Positions 50,099-62,725 of a stretch of DNA of 64,000 bases are shown here, piece after piece. Below the pieces are notes generated by a model, which made no database searches, had not been told where the DNA came from, and was given only the letters and a program-made list of their open reading frames with translations. Position 1 is the first letter of the stretch. Each line of letters opens with the position of its first letter. Origin of the DNA: Mobula birostris (Eukaryota); assembly GCF_030028105.1 (NCBI RefSeq), contig NC_092387.1, forward strand, positions 20,469,590-20,533,589, read 5' to 3'. The translations under genes and the position numbers were made by a program.

Positions 50099-50885
50099 CA
50101 TAGAACATAGAACATAGAATACTATAGCACAGTACAGGCCCTTCGGCCCACAATGTTGTACCGACTCTCAAACCCTGCCTCCCATATAAGCCCCCACCTT
50201 AAATTCCTCCATATACCTGCCTAGTAGTCTCTTAAACTTCACTACTGTATCTGCCTCCACCACTGACTCAGGCAGTACATTCCATGCACCAACCACTCTC
50301 TGAGTAAAAAACCTTCCTCTAATATCCCCCTTGAACTTCTCACCCTTTACCTTAAAGCCATGTCCTCTTGTATTGAGTAGTGGTGCCCTGGGGAAGAGGC
50401 GCTGGCTATCCACTCTATCTATTCCTCTTATTATCTTGTACACCTCTATCATGTCTCCTCTCATCCTCCTTCTCTCCAAAGAGTAAAGCCCTAGCTCCCC
50501 TAATCTCTGATCATAATGCATACTCTCTAAACCAGGCAGCATCCTGGTAAATCTCCTCTGTACCCTTTCCAATGCTTCCACATCCTTCCTATAGTGAGGT
50601 GACCAGAACTGGACACGGTACTCCAAGTGTGGCCTAACCAGAGTTTTATAGAGCTGCATTATTACATCGCGACTCTTAAACTCTATCCCTCAACTTATGA
50701 AAGCTAACACCCCATAAGCTTTCTTAACTACCCTATCCACCTGTGAGGCAACTTTCAGGGATCTGTGGACATGTACCCCCAGATCTCTCTGCTCCTCCAC
50801 ACTACCAAGTATCCTGCCATTTACTTTGTACTCTGCCTTGGAGTTTGTCCTTCCAAAATGTACCACCTCACACTTATCCGGGTTG
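50099..50885 (-). mobile_element. Young CR1/HER1-like LINE 3' fragment
   Basis: ORF 50168-50659 nearly identical to 44400-45164; (catagaa)n tail. Confidence 0.95.
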
Positions 50886-51154
50886 ACAAGAAAGAACACA
50901 ATTAGAACAAAGAAAAAGCAAAGTTCATTGCAGTGCAAAGTGGTCCATTCTTGTCCCGGTACACTCAAGGCACTGAGATAGGACTTGAGATGTCCTGCTG
51001 CATTTGTACGACACATTGGTGTGACTATCCATCGAATAAGCCAAAACTAATTTCTCCCATGGATTTACCATCTTATTTGGTTCTGGAGACTTCACAAAAG
51101 GGGAATACATGTTTTAAAGGAACTAAGAGAGATTGGATCAAAAGAAACCACTTA

Positions 51155-51660
51155 TAGAGCCATGGAGTCTTAGAAAAATGCAGCACAGAAACTGGCTCTT
51201 CGGCCCACCTATTCTGTGCCAAATCATTTAAATTGTTTACTCCCATCAACCTTCACTGGGATCATAACTCTCCGTACCTTCCACATACCTATCCAAAATT
51301 CGCTTAAATGTTGAATTTGAGGTCACATGCAGCACTTGTTCTGGCAGCTCATTCCACACTCTCACAACCCTCTGAGTGAAGCAGTTTCCTCTCATGGTTC
51401 CCTTAAACCTGTCACCTTTCACCTTTAACCCATGACCTCTGGTTGTAGACACACCCAGCTTCAGTGGGGAAAAAGACACCATCTATACCTCTCATAATTT
51501 TGCATACCTCAATCAAATCTCCTCTCGGTCCTCTAGGTTCTAAGAACTGAAGTCCTAACCTATTGAATCTTTCCTTATAACCAATATCAGAGTCACCGGC
51601 CTGTAATTTCCAGGTTTATTTAGAGCATATCTTAAACAGCGGAAATCCAATCCTCAGGTA
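51155..51660 (-). mobile_element. CR1-clade LINE fragments
   Basis: TRGHGLKVKGDRFKGTMRGNCFTQRVVRVWNELP. Confidence 0.85.
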
Positions 51661-52009
51661 CCTCTCCTGTTGCTAAGGACACATTAATATTTTATTTACT
51701 AATTAAAACTGAAAGAAATGCGTTCAGATTCAGATCAGTAAACATTACTCGGTTTGATGTAATGGAAATGTCATTTCATTGAGGTATAAAATTCCAAAAT
51801 AAATTATTAATAATAATAGAACTGACAAGTTCTTTCATTGAAAACATTCACCTTGCTTTTATTTAAACTCCTTGCTTGCTAACTATTTCCAGTATCCTTT
51901 CGCATTTCAGATTCCCATCTGCAGCTTATTTTTTTTATTTTCAATGCAAATAACAGATCCAGCTTGCATCAAATATTCAATCCCTAGAAGGAGATATTGC
52001 AAACTAGCA

Positions 52010-53540
52010 GTTGGATTTAGTGAAGGCCTGTTTTTCCGATTAGAGACCTGTGACCAGTGGTGTGCTGCAGGGATCAATGCAGAATCCTCTATTCCTTGTC
52101 ATATATTTTAATGATTTGGATGAGAATGTAGTGTCATGGTTGGTTAGTTTGCGGATGACACCAAATTCAGTGGAGCAATGGACAGGGAAAATTAAGGTCT
52201 CTGGTTGCAATAAGATCTAGATCGATTGGAAAAGTCGGCAAATGAGTGGCAGATAGAATTTAATTCGGCCAAGTGCAAAGTGATGCATTTTGGGAGTTAA
52301 ACCAGGGCAGGACCCTGGGGAGTGTTGTTCCACAGGACACATACGTAGTTCCCTGAAAGTGCTGACAAAAAACAGGGTGGGAAGAAGGCATATACTGGGG
52401 TCAACTTCGTTGAGCACCTCCACACCATCCGTCACAAGCGGGACATCCCAGTGGCCAAACATTTTAAATCCAATTCCTATTCACATTCCGATGTGTTGAC
52501 CAGGGCCTCCCCCTCTTGTGCCTTAGGGTGCAGGAGTAACACTTTGTGTTCCATCTGGGTAGCCTGCAACCATGAATATTGGTTTCTGCTTCCAGTAAAC
52601 AAATTTCTCCCCCATACCCTTCTCTATTCCCCACTCTGACCTTTTACATCTTCTCACCTTCCTATTACCTCCCCCTGTGCCCCCTCCTCTTTCCCTTTCT
52701 CCTATGGTCCACTCCCCCTCCTATCATATTCCTTCTTTCCAGCCCTTGACCTTTCCCACACACCTGGCTTCACCTATCAGCTTCCAGTTAGCCTCCATCC
52801 CCTCTGTCCACCTTTTTATTCTGGCATCTTCCCCCTTCCTTTCCAATCCTGAAGAAGGGTCTTGGCCCAAAACACCAACTGCTTATTCATTTCCATAGAT
52901 GCTGCCTGACTTGCTGAGTAACATTTTGTGTGCATAGCAGGTATATAGTAAGTTTGCTGTCATTGGTTGGGATATTGAGTAAAAAAGGTTGGTAGGCTGT
53001 ACAAGACACTGTTGAGACAGCATTAGGAATATTGGTCAGCACACTATAGAAAATTTGCAATCAATCTGGAAGAGGTGCAGAAAAGATTCACAAGGGTGTT
53101 GCCTAGACTGGAAGGCTTGAGTTATAAAGAGAGATGGGGAAGGCTGGGATTGTGTTCCCAAAGCAAAGGAGACTGGGGAAGGGGAGCACTGTGTGTGTGT
53201 GTGGGGGGGGGGGGTGACCTTACAGAGTTTAGTGAAATCATAAGGGGCATAGATAGGGTAGATGGTAGCAACTGCTTCTCAGAGTAGGGGAGCCTAAAGC
53301 TAAATTGCGCTGGTTTAAAATGAGAGGGGTAAAGGGGGGAGCTGAGGTGCAAGTTTTTCATACATAGAACAAGCTGCCATGGGAAGTGGTAGAGATGGGT
53401 ACATGGATAGGAAAGGTTTAGAAAGGTATGGGCCAAACACAGACAAATAGAACTACCATAAGTAGGAATCTTCGTCAGCATAGATGGGTGGGGCCGAATG
53501 GCCTATTTCCATACTGTATAAATATATGACTCTATGATAT
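52010..53540 (+). mobile_element. Old CR1 3' part interrupted by a Penelope-like fragment (about 52375-52930)
   Basis: FADDTK and WQIEFN before the insert; QKRFTRVLPRLEGLSYKER after; the insert has a GIY-YIG remnant and terminal repeat. Confidence 0.8.
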
Positions 53541-53709
53541 ACATATCAGAAGAGATAAACACAATCAGCTCTGAATTATCAATAGATTGGGTAAGACTGA
53601 AATAGGAGTAGAAAGTAAAATAGGTGACTGAGTCACCATGGGATTTTATCTGTCTCGTCATTGAAGCAATGGAGGTTAATAGGGAGAATTGAAAACTCAA
53701 GATCTAAGA

Positions 53710-54600
53710 TAATGCAGGTGCTAGAATCTGGAGCAACAAGCAAATTGCTTGGCAACTCTGTGGCAGGTAGTATCTATGGAGGGAACTGGACAGCCAGCAC
53801 TTCCGGTCTGAGATCCTTTATTTTGTGTTGAGACCCTTTACTTAGACTGGAAGTGAGAGGGGAGATAGACTCAGTTAGAAGGCAAAGTTCCCAGGTACGT
53901 TCATTATTAAATTCTGGACAAAGGACTCATATTTAATGGTTTGATTAACAATGAGCATGTCATTGAGAGGAACTGATTGAGCGCAAGACATGCAAGGCAC
54001 AGTTTGGGGAGGTTGAGAAAATAAATGGCTGGAGGGACATGGCGGGCGAGGCTATATCTGTAGAGGAAAATAGATGGCTTCCACTTTGTGTTGAGGTCTT
54101 TCATCTAGACCAAGGGTTCCCAAACTTTGTTATGCCATGGACCCCTACCGTTAACTGAGGGGTTTATAGACCTCAGGTTGGGAACCCCTGAAATCTAGAG
54201 GTGAGATATTCAGTATAAGCATGTGAGGGGAAGGGATAGAGCAAGAGACAGCAGGTGGATTCAGGTGAGAAATGATTGGCTGATGGAAGTCTGCTGGGAT
54301 AGGGAATGGTGGACGTAGTGGCAGAGGCTGAAAAGTGACCGGTAGAAGGAAAAAATGGCTGCAGGTAGTGGAATCTGGTATGAGAGGAAAGTAGAACATG
54401 AAAATATGGAGGTGGGGAGGGCAGATGGAAACAGCAGGGATGAGACCCAGTGGAAGAAATGTCTGGAGGCAGATAGAGAGGGTGGAGGATAGGAAAGAAA
54501 CAGGAGGATGGAGAGCTTGCGTGGGGTGGTGTGAGGTGATGGGACGGGGTGGGTGTAAGAGGAATTGACCGGATTTGGAAATTTTTGCAAGTTAGACATT
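53710..54600 (-). mobile_element. Fragmented Penelope-like terminal repeats carrying the hAT MITE at 54111-54190
   Basis: tgcaggtgctagaatctggagcaac... and purine-rich body; MITE matches 17338-17417. Confidence 0.6.
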
Positions 54601-55185
54601 ACCAAAATAGTCTTTGAATATGAGTAATTCTTCCCTATTGCATCTTCCCAAATCTTAAATCCTCTACAACCTACCCATATTTATGACTGGCTTCATAGCT
54701 GTGAATTTTAGTTCTGAATGCTATTTGCTTACTTTTTATTGTTTGCAATATTTATTCTTTTTTTTTGCACATTGGGTGCACGATGATCTTCTTTTCTAAT
54801 TGGTTCTGTTGGGTTTCTTTGTTTTGTGGCTGCCTGTTCAGAGATGAATCTGAAGTTTGTATATTTGAACTTTGAACCATATACTTCAACTGTATCTGTA
54901 TTTTCCCATAAGCTCCTATTTCACAAACTTTTTCCAGTTATGATATCATCAGCCTAAAACATTTCTCTCCACATTGCATAAGGAGAAGTTCTAACTTTCC
55001 TTGTAATTTCCCTACATTATGCAAAGTCCCAATAAACCTGAGGGAGGGGCTATGGTTTGGGACTGTCTGTGTGATGCCCGTCTAGGATGACCGCCCTCCT
55101 TGACCTTTTCCTCAATAAGTTGCCACTTCCTTTGGAACACACCAAGATCATGGATAGTTCAAGATTACCCTAGCTCTTAATGCGT

Positions 55186-56470
55186 CAAAGTTCAAAGTAA
55201 ATTTATTTATCAAAGTACATAAATGTCACCACCATATCCAACCCTGAGATTCATTTTCTTGTGGGCATACTCAATAAATCCAGTAACTGCACCCACCTTT
55301 TGTACTTCCTTCTTCCACTTTGATTCGAAGCTTCCTCAGATCCTCCTCACTTTCAGCCATTAGAGTAATATCCACTGCATATCTGAGGCTGTTAATATTT
55401 CATCCGGCAATTTTGATTCCAACAATCCTCTATTATTATATTAACATCCTTAGGTATACAGATGATACAGCTCCAATAGCTGAAAGTGAGGACGATCTAA
55501 GCAACGTGAAAGAAGAATTGTAAAAGTTGGATTGTTGCTCAATATTAAGGAAACCATGATTACGTCGACCAGCCCTACTAACCCTGTGGTAATAAATGGA
55601 AAGGAAGTGGAAGCAGTGACGGATTTTGTCTTCCTCGTTTCAAACATTTCTATAGATGGTAACTGCAGCTACAGAATTAAACAGCACTTCCTTCTGGGGA
55701 GGATAACAATGGCAAATTTGGAGAAAGTATTGAAGAGCAGAGACGTAACATTGTCTGCGAAGATCCGTATAGTCAAGTCTACGGTATTTCCAGTTGTGAC
55801 GAATGAATGTGAGAGCTGGACTATTCGTAAGGCTGAATACAAATGAATCAACACCCTTGAATTTGGATTCTGGAGGAAAGTGTTCAGAGTTTGTTGGACA
55901 GCAAGAAGATCCAACAAGTCAATACTTGGAGAAATACAGTCAGGCTGCTCACTAGGAGGCTTGACCATGAGACAAAAGCACAACTATTTGGCCACATCAC
56001 GAGAAGACAGGATTCCTTGGAGAAAGCTCTCATGTTAGGTAAAACAGAAGGTGAGGATGGCAGAGGCTACAATGGATAGATAATATTACTGTATGAGCTT
56101 GGGAGGTCTTAGGGAAGCAGCTTCCAACAAGAAGGCTTGGTGTGCAGAAGTCCATGAGGTTACGAAGACTCAGACTTGACTTAACGACTGAACAACAAAC
56201 TGCACCCATCAGGGTGGGCAACCAGTGTGCAAAGGACAACAGACTGTGCAAATACAGAATATAAAAAATAAATAATAATGCTAATAAATAAATAAGCAAT
56301 AAATATCGAAAACATGTGCTGAAGAGTCCTTGAAAGTGAGTTTATAGGTTGTGAAGTTATCCCTGTGGTTCAAGAGTCTGATGATTGAGAGGTAACAAGT
56401 GTTCCTGAATCAGGTGGTGTGAGTCCTGAGTCTCCTGTACCTCCTTACTGACAGCAGCAGTAAGAAGACT
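55186..56470 (-). mobile_element. Rex1-like 3' element split by the RTE insertion
   Basis: caaagttcaaagtaaatttatt tail at 55186, resuming at about 56200, collinear with the 42840/45165 copy. Confidence 0.7.
55296..56197 (+). mobile_element. RTE-clade (BovB-like) LINE, 5'-truncated with inverted 5' segment
   Basis: LRYTDDT..IAESEDDL, EAVTDFVFL, KSRDVTL..KIRIVK..VFPVV...CESWTIRKAE, FGHI.RRQDSLEKALMLGK; 3' acgactgaacaacaa; 11-bp TSD aactgcaccca (55285-55295, 56198-56208). Confidence 0.9.
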
Positions 56471-56712
56471 GCTCACCTCACAACCTCACTTCAACAGTGT
56501 GCCACCATTCCACTGGCAAAGCTACATTGGGAAGGAGGTGGGGGGGCATAAGTTGCAGTGTGCAGGTCAACATGGAGAGAATTTTCCAAGACAGAGTTTG
56601 AGTCCCAAATCCCCAGTCTCCTTTGTGCAGCAAGATGGACATTTATTTATACATTTAGGTCAGAAGGAAATTCACTCCACCACAACTGTTAAGGAACAGA
56701 AGAAGGAGGAGA

Positions 56713-58542
56713 ATAGACAATAGACAATAGGTGCAGGAGTAGGCCATTTGGCCCTTCGAGCCAGCACCACCATTCACTATGATCATGGCTGATCATCCAC
56801 AATCAGTATCCAGTTCCTGCCTTATCCCCATAACCTTTGATTCTGCCATCTTTAAGAGCTCTATCCATCTCTTTTTTGAAAGCATCCAGAGACTTGGCTT
56901 CCACAGCCTTCTGGGGCAGAGCATTCCATATATCCACCACTCTCTGGGTGAAAAAGTTTTTCCTCAACTCCGTTCTAAATGGCCTACCCCTTATTCTTAA
57001 ACTGTGGCCTCTGGTTCTGGACTCACCCATCAGCGGGAACATGCTTCCTGCCTCCAGCGTGTCCAATCCCTTAATAATCTTATATGTTTCAATAAGATCC
57101 CCTCTCAGCCTTCTAAACTCCAGAGTATACAAGCCCAGTCACTCCAATCTTTCGACATATGACAGACCCGCCATCCCGGGAATTAACCTTGTGAACCTGC
57201 ACTGCACTCCCTCAATAGCAAGAATGTCCTTCCTCAAATTTGGAAACCAAAACTGCACACAGTACTCCAGGTGTGGTCTCACCAGGGCCCTGTACAGCTG
57301 CAGAAGGACCTCTCTGCTCTTATACTCAATTCCCCTTGTTATGAAGGCCAGCATGCCATTAGCTTTCTTCACTGCCTGCTGTACTTGCATGCTTGCTTTC
57401 AGTGACTGATGTACAAGAACACCTAGATCTCATTGTGCTTCCCCTTTTCCTAACTTGACTCCATTTAGATAATAATCTGCCTTCCTGTTCTTACCACCAA
57501 AGTGGATAACTTCACATTTATCCACATTAAACTGCATCTGCCATGCATCTGCCCACTCACCCAGCCTGTCCAAGTCACCCTGCATTCTCATATCATCCTC
57601 CTCACATTTCACACTGCCACCCAGCTTTGTGTCATTGGCAAATTTGCTAATGTTACTTTTAATTCCCTCAACTAAATAATTAATATATATTGTAAACAGC
57701 TGCGGTCCCAGCACTGAAGCCTGCGGTACCCCACTGGTCACCGCCTGCCATTCCGAAAGGGAGCCGTTAATCGCTACTCTTTGTTTTCTGTCAGCCAGCC
57801 AATTTTCAATCCATGTCAGTACTCTGCCCCCAATACCATGTGCCCTAACTTTGCCCACTAATCTCCTATGTGGGACCTTATCAAAGGCTTTCTGAAAGTC
57901 CAGGTACACTACATCCACTGGCTCTCCCTTGTCCATTTTCATAGTTACATCCTCAAAAATTTCCAGAAGATTAGTCAAGCACGATTTCCCCTTCGTAAAT
58001 CCATGCTGACTCGGACCAATCCTGTTACTGCTATCCAGATGTGTCGTAATTTCATCGTTTATAATTGACTCCAGCATCTTTACCACCACTGACGTCAGGC
58101 TAACCGGTCTATAATTCCCTGTTTTCTCTCTTTCTCCCTTCTTGAAGAGAGGGACAACATTAGCCACCCTGCAATCTACAGGAACTGATCTTGAATCTAT
58201 AGAACATTGGAAAATGATTACCAATGCGTCCACGATTTCTTAAGCCACCTCCTTAAGTACCCTGGGATACAGACCATCAGGTCCCGGGGACTAATCAGCC
58301 TTTAGACCCAACAGCCTATCCAACACCATTTCCTGCCTAATATAAATTTCCTTCAGTTCATCCATTACCCTAGGTCCTTTGGCCACTATTACATCTGGGA
58401 GATTGTTTGTGTCTTCCCTAGTGAAGGCAGATCGAAAGTACCTGTTCAACTCGTCTGCCATTTCCTCGTTCCCCATAATAAATTCACCTGCTTCTGTCTT
58501 AACTATTTTTTTTTCCTTTTCACATACCTAAAGAAGCTTTCC
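56713..58542 (-). mobile_element. CR1-clade LINE (second subfamily), 5'-truncated ORF2
   Basis: ORF 57430-58233 with RT motifs; 3' end like the 5069-5706 copy; (atagaca)n tail. Confidence 0.95.
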
Positions 58543-61010
58543 TTGTCTCCTCTCATCCTCCTTCTCTCCAAAGAGTGAAGCCCTAGCTCCCTTAATCTTT
58601 GATCATAATGCATACTCTCTAAACCAGGCAGCATCCTGGTAAATCTCCTCTGTACCCTTTCCAATGCTTCCACATCCTTCCTATAGTGAGGTGACCAGAA
58701 CTGGACACAGTACTCCAAGTGTGGCCTAACCAGGGTTTTATAGAGCTGTATCATTACATCGCGACTCTTAAACTCTATCCCTCAACTTATGAAAGCTAAC
58801 ACCCCATAAGCTTTCTTAATTACCCTATCTACCTGTGAGGCAACTTTCAGGGATCTGTGGACATGTACCCCGAGATCTCTCTGCTCCTCCACACTACCAA
58901 ATATCCTGTCATTTACTTTGTACTCTGCCTTGGAGTTTGTCCTTCCAAAGTGTACCACCTCACACTTCTCCAGGTTGAACTCCATCTGCCACTTCTCAGC
59001 CCACTTCTGCATCCTATCAATGTCTCTCTGCAATTTTCGACAATCCTCTACACTATCCACAACACCACCAACCTTTGTGTCATCTGCAAACTTGCCAACC
59101 CACCTTTCTACCCCCACATCCAGGTCGTAAATAAAAATCACGAAAAGTAGAGGTCCCAGAACAGATCCTTGTGGGACACCACTAGCCACAATTCTCCACT
59201 CTGAATGTACTCCCTCCACCATGACCCTCTGCCTTCTGCAGGCAAGCCAATTCTGAATCCACCTGGCCAAACTTCCCTGGATCCCATGCCTTCTGACTTT
59301 CTGTATAAGCCTGCTGTGTGGAACCTTGTCAAATGCCTTACTAAAATCCATATAGATCACATCCACTGCACTACCCTCATCTATATGCCTGGTCACCTCC
59401 TCAAAGAACTCTATCAGGCTTGTTAGACACGACCTGCCCTTCACAAAGCCATGCTGACTGTCCCTGATCAGACCATGATTCTCTAAATGTCCATAGATCC
59501 TATCTCTAAGAATCTTTTCCAACAGCTTTCCCACCACAGACGTAAGGCTCACTGGTCTATAATTACCCAGACTATCCCTACTACCTTTTTTGAACAAGGG
59601 GACAACATTCGCCTCTCTCCAACCCTCTCGTACCATTCCCGTGGACAACGAGGACATAAAGATCCCAGCCAGAGGCTCAGCAATCTCTTCCCTCGCCTCA
59701 TGGAGCAGCCTGGGGAATATTCCGTCAGGCCCCGGGTACTTAACCATCCTAATGTATTTTAACAACTCCAACACCTCCTCTCCCTTAATATCAACATGCT
59801 CCAGAACATCAACCTCACTCATATTGTCCTCACCATCATCAAGTTCCCACTCATCGGTGAATACCGAAGAGAAGTATTCATTGAGGACCTCGCTCACTTC
59901 CACAGCCTCCAGGCACATCTTCCCACCTTTATCTCTAATTAGTCCTACCTTCACTCCTGTCATCCTTTTGTTCTTCACATAATTGAAGAATGCCTTGGGG
60001 TTTTCCTTTACCCTACTTGCCAAGGCCTTCTCATGCCTCCTTCTTGCTCTTCTCAACCCCTTCTTAAGCTCCTTCCTTGCTTCCCTATATTCCTCAATAG
60101 ACCCATCTGATCCTTGCTTTCTAAACCTCATGTATGCTGCCTTCTTCCACCTGACTAGATTTTCCACCTTACTTGTCACCCATGGTTCCTTCACCCTACC
60201 ATTCTTTATCTTCCTCACAGGACAAATTTATCCCTAACCTCCTGCAAGAGATCTCTAAACATCCACCACATGTCCATCTTACTTTTCCCTGCCAAAACAT
60301 CATCCCAATTCACACCCGCAAGTTCTAGCCTTATAGCCTCATAATTTGCCCTTCCCCAATTAAAAATTTTCCTGTCCTCTCTGATTCTATCCCTTTCCAT
60401 GATAATGTTAAAGGCCAGGGAGCGGTGGTCACTGTCCCCCAGATGCTCACCCACTGAGAGATCTGTGACCTGACCCGGTTCATTACCTAGTACTAGATCT
60501 AGTATAGCATTCCCCCTAGTCAGCCTGTCCACATACTGTGACAGGAATCAGTCCTGGACACAATTAACAAACTCTGCCCCATCTAAACCCTTGGAACTAA
60601 TCAGGTGCCAATCAATATTAGGGAAGTTAAAGTCACCCATGATAACAACCCTCTTATTTTTGCACCTTTCCAAAATCTGCCTCCCAATCTGCTTCTCTGT
60701 ATCTCTGCTGCTACCAGGGGGCCTATGGAATACCCCCAATAGAGTAACTGCTCCCTTCCTGTTCTCTTTTGAGGCATACTGACTCAAAAGAGGATCCTGC
60801 TGCATTACCCACCCTTTCTGTAGCTGTAATAGTATCCCTGACCAGTAATGCCACCCCTCCTCCCCTTTCCACCCCTCTCTATCCATTTTAAAGCACTGAA
60901 ATCCAGGAATATTTAGAATCCATTCCTGCCCTGGTGCCAGCCAAGTCTCTGTAATAGCCACTACATCATAATTCCATGTATGTATGTATCCAAGCTCTCA
61001 GTTCATCACC
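58543..61010 (-). mobile_element. Young CR1/HER1-like LINE ORF2 (endonuclease and RT), 3' end missing
   Basis: AITETWL, GDFNFPNIDW, DLVLGNE, SDH APE motifs; 478-aa RT ORF at 58782-60218. Confidence 0.96.
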
Positions 61011-61571
61011 TGGATGACATCCTGGTAGGAGAAGGAAAGCAACCAGAAGTCGTGATACATGTTGGTACCAACGACATAGGCAGGAAGAGGGATGAGGTTC
61101 TGAAGTGTGAGTTTCGGGAACTAGGCAGAAGGCAGAAGAACAGGACCTCAAGGGTGGCGTTCTCGGGATTGCTGCCAGTGCTACGTGACAGTGATGGTAA
61201 GAATTGGAGGAGATGGCAGTTGAATGCGTGGCTGAGGAGTTGGTGCAGGGAGCAGGGTTTTAGATTTTTAGATCATTGGGATCTCTTCTGGGGAAGGTGG
61301 GACCTGGACAGATTGGATGAGTTGCACCTGAACTCGAGGGGGAGCAATATCATTGCAGGTAGGTTTGCTGACATGGTTTGGGAGGGCTTAAACTAATTTG
61401 CAAGGGGGATGGTACCCAGAGTGATAGAGCAGTGAAAGAAGTGCATGGAGTAAAGCCAGATCTAACATATAGAGAGGCTTTGAGGAAAGAGAAGCAGAAT
61501 AAATGGTGTAAAGACAGTAAGGTAGAAGGGCTGAATTGTGTGTACCTTAATGCAAGAAGCATCAGGAACAA
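61011..61571 (+). mobile_element. Inverted 5' segment of the same CR1: ORF1 esterase C-half and ORF2 start
   Basis: VVIHVGTNDIG...LNAWLRSWC...DELHLN SGNH-like ORF1, then LNCVYLNARSIRNK. Confidence 0.9.
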
Positions 61572-62059
61572 ACATGAGGTATTCAAGCCTGACAGGCTGA
61601 CGCAGTACTTATTCGACATAATTTGCAATTTAATGGAGCTGTAACACAGCACACACAGAACAAAGACAGGACCACTCTTCAGCTGTACAGCTCTCTGCTG
61701 GTGCGATTGATCAGAAACAACCTTTTGTTGGCAGCCGAGCACAGCGCAGCAGCTGCTTATATTTCAAAGTAAAATTCAGCCTCAAAAAGAGTATACAATA
61801 ATTATAAGACACAGGAGTTCCAGAATGTTTAATCTTTCCTTTGATACACCCCATCCCAGGATTCAATCCAGTGAACCTTCATAACATTTCCTTCATTTTT
61901 ATTTCAAAAATAAACATAAGGTGTTTGTGTGTAAATCAAAGACAGTCCTTGGCTCCCTTTGCATATATGGAGCTATTCAGTCTGTACATTAACAGTATTA
62001 TTGCTTCTATTGCTCGTACGTTCTAAGTACAGAGCACCATTGACACTTATCTGGCTTCC

Positions 62060-62540
62060 TGGAACGAGACAACCTTCAAGTGCTTGAGGGGTTTCCACAA
62101 AGGAGCCCATCCCCTCGGTGTCTGGTGGCAGAGGGAGCCTCGTCTGCAGTTCTTCCGCACAGAGCTTTTGTGTTGTCTGCAGTGAGCTTTGGCACATCCT
62201 TCAGCACGTACTCCTGCAGCATGGATGGCAGCATTTCCTTACGGACATCCAGTTATCCCAGAAGGCTGACAAATGTTGAGCAGACTCACAAGACGTCATT
62301 TGCTGAATTGACGATCTTCCGGCAACACTTGATTCCGTGTGTGTGTGTGGGTGTGTGTGTGTGCGTGTGTGCGTGTGTGCGGGTGTGTGTGTGTGTGTGT
62401 GCGTGTGCCTGTGAGTGTTCCTGGCCCCGGAGATCAGGGAATCCTTCGTTCCACAGTTGTTCGGGATGTGCCACAAAAAAGGCACCTCCCTTCCTGCTTC
62501 AGAGCTTCCTGGCAAATGCCCAGTCCACAAAGAGGTGGAG
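62060..62540 (-). mobile_element. Tx1/L1-like LINE ORF2 C-terminal remnant with embedded (GT)n at 62337-62408
   Basis: Across frames: DSLISG..GTH..IKCCRKIVNSANDVL..MSVRKCCH..LQEYVLKD..KL..NTKALCGR. Confidence 0.6.
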
Positions 62541-62544
62541 TGTA

Positions 62545-62725
62545 CACAACGCAGCAGATTCTGCGGATGCTGGAAACCAGGGTAACACACACAAGATGCT
62601 GCAGAGACTCCTCGGGTCGGGCAGCGTGTATGGAAAGGAACAAACAGTCAATACTTCAGGTCTCGACCCTTCGTTAGTCCCGACAGTAGGTCTCGGAACT
62701 AGACTGTCTATTCCTATCCAGAGCT
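62545..62725. mobile_element. Penelope-like terminal repeat fragment, partly fold-back
   Basis: gattctgcggatgctggaaac...acacacaagatgctg...acagtc...ggtctcg...gactgt. Confidence 0.65.
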
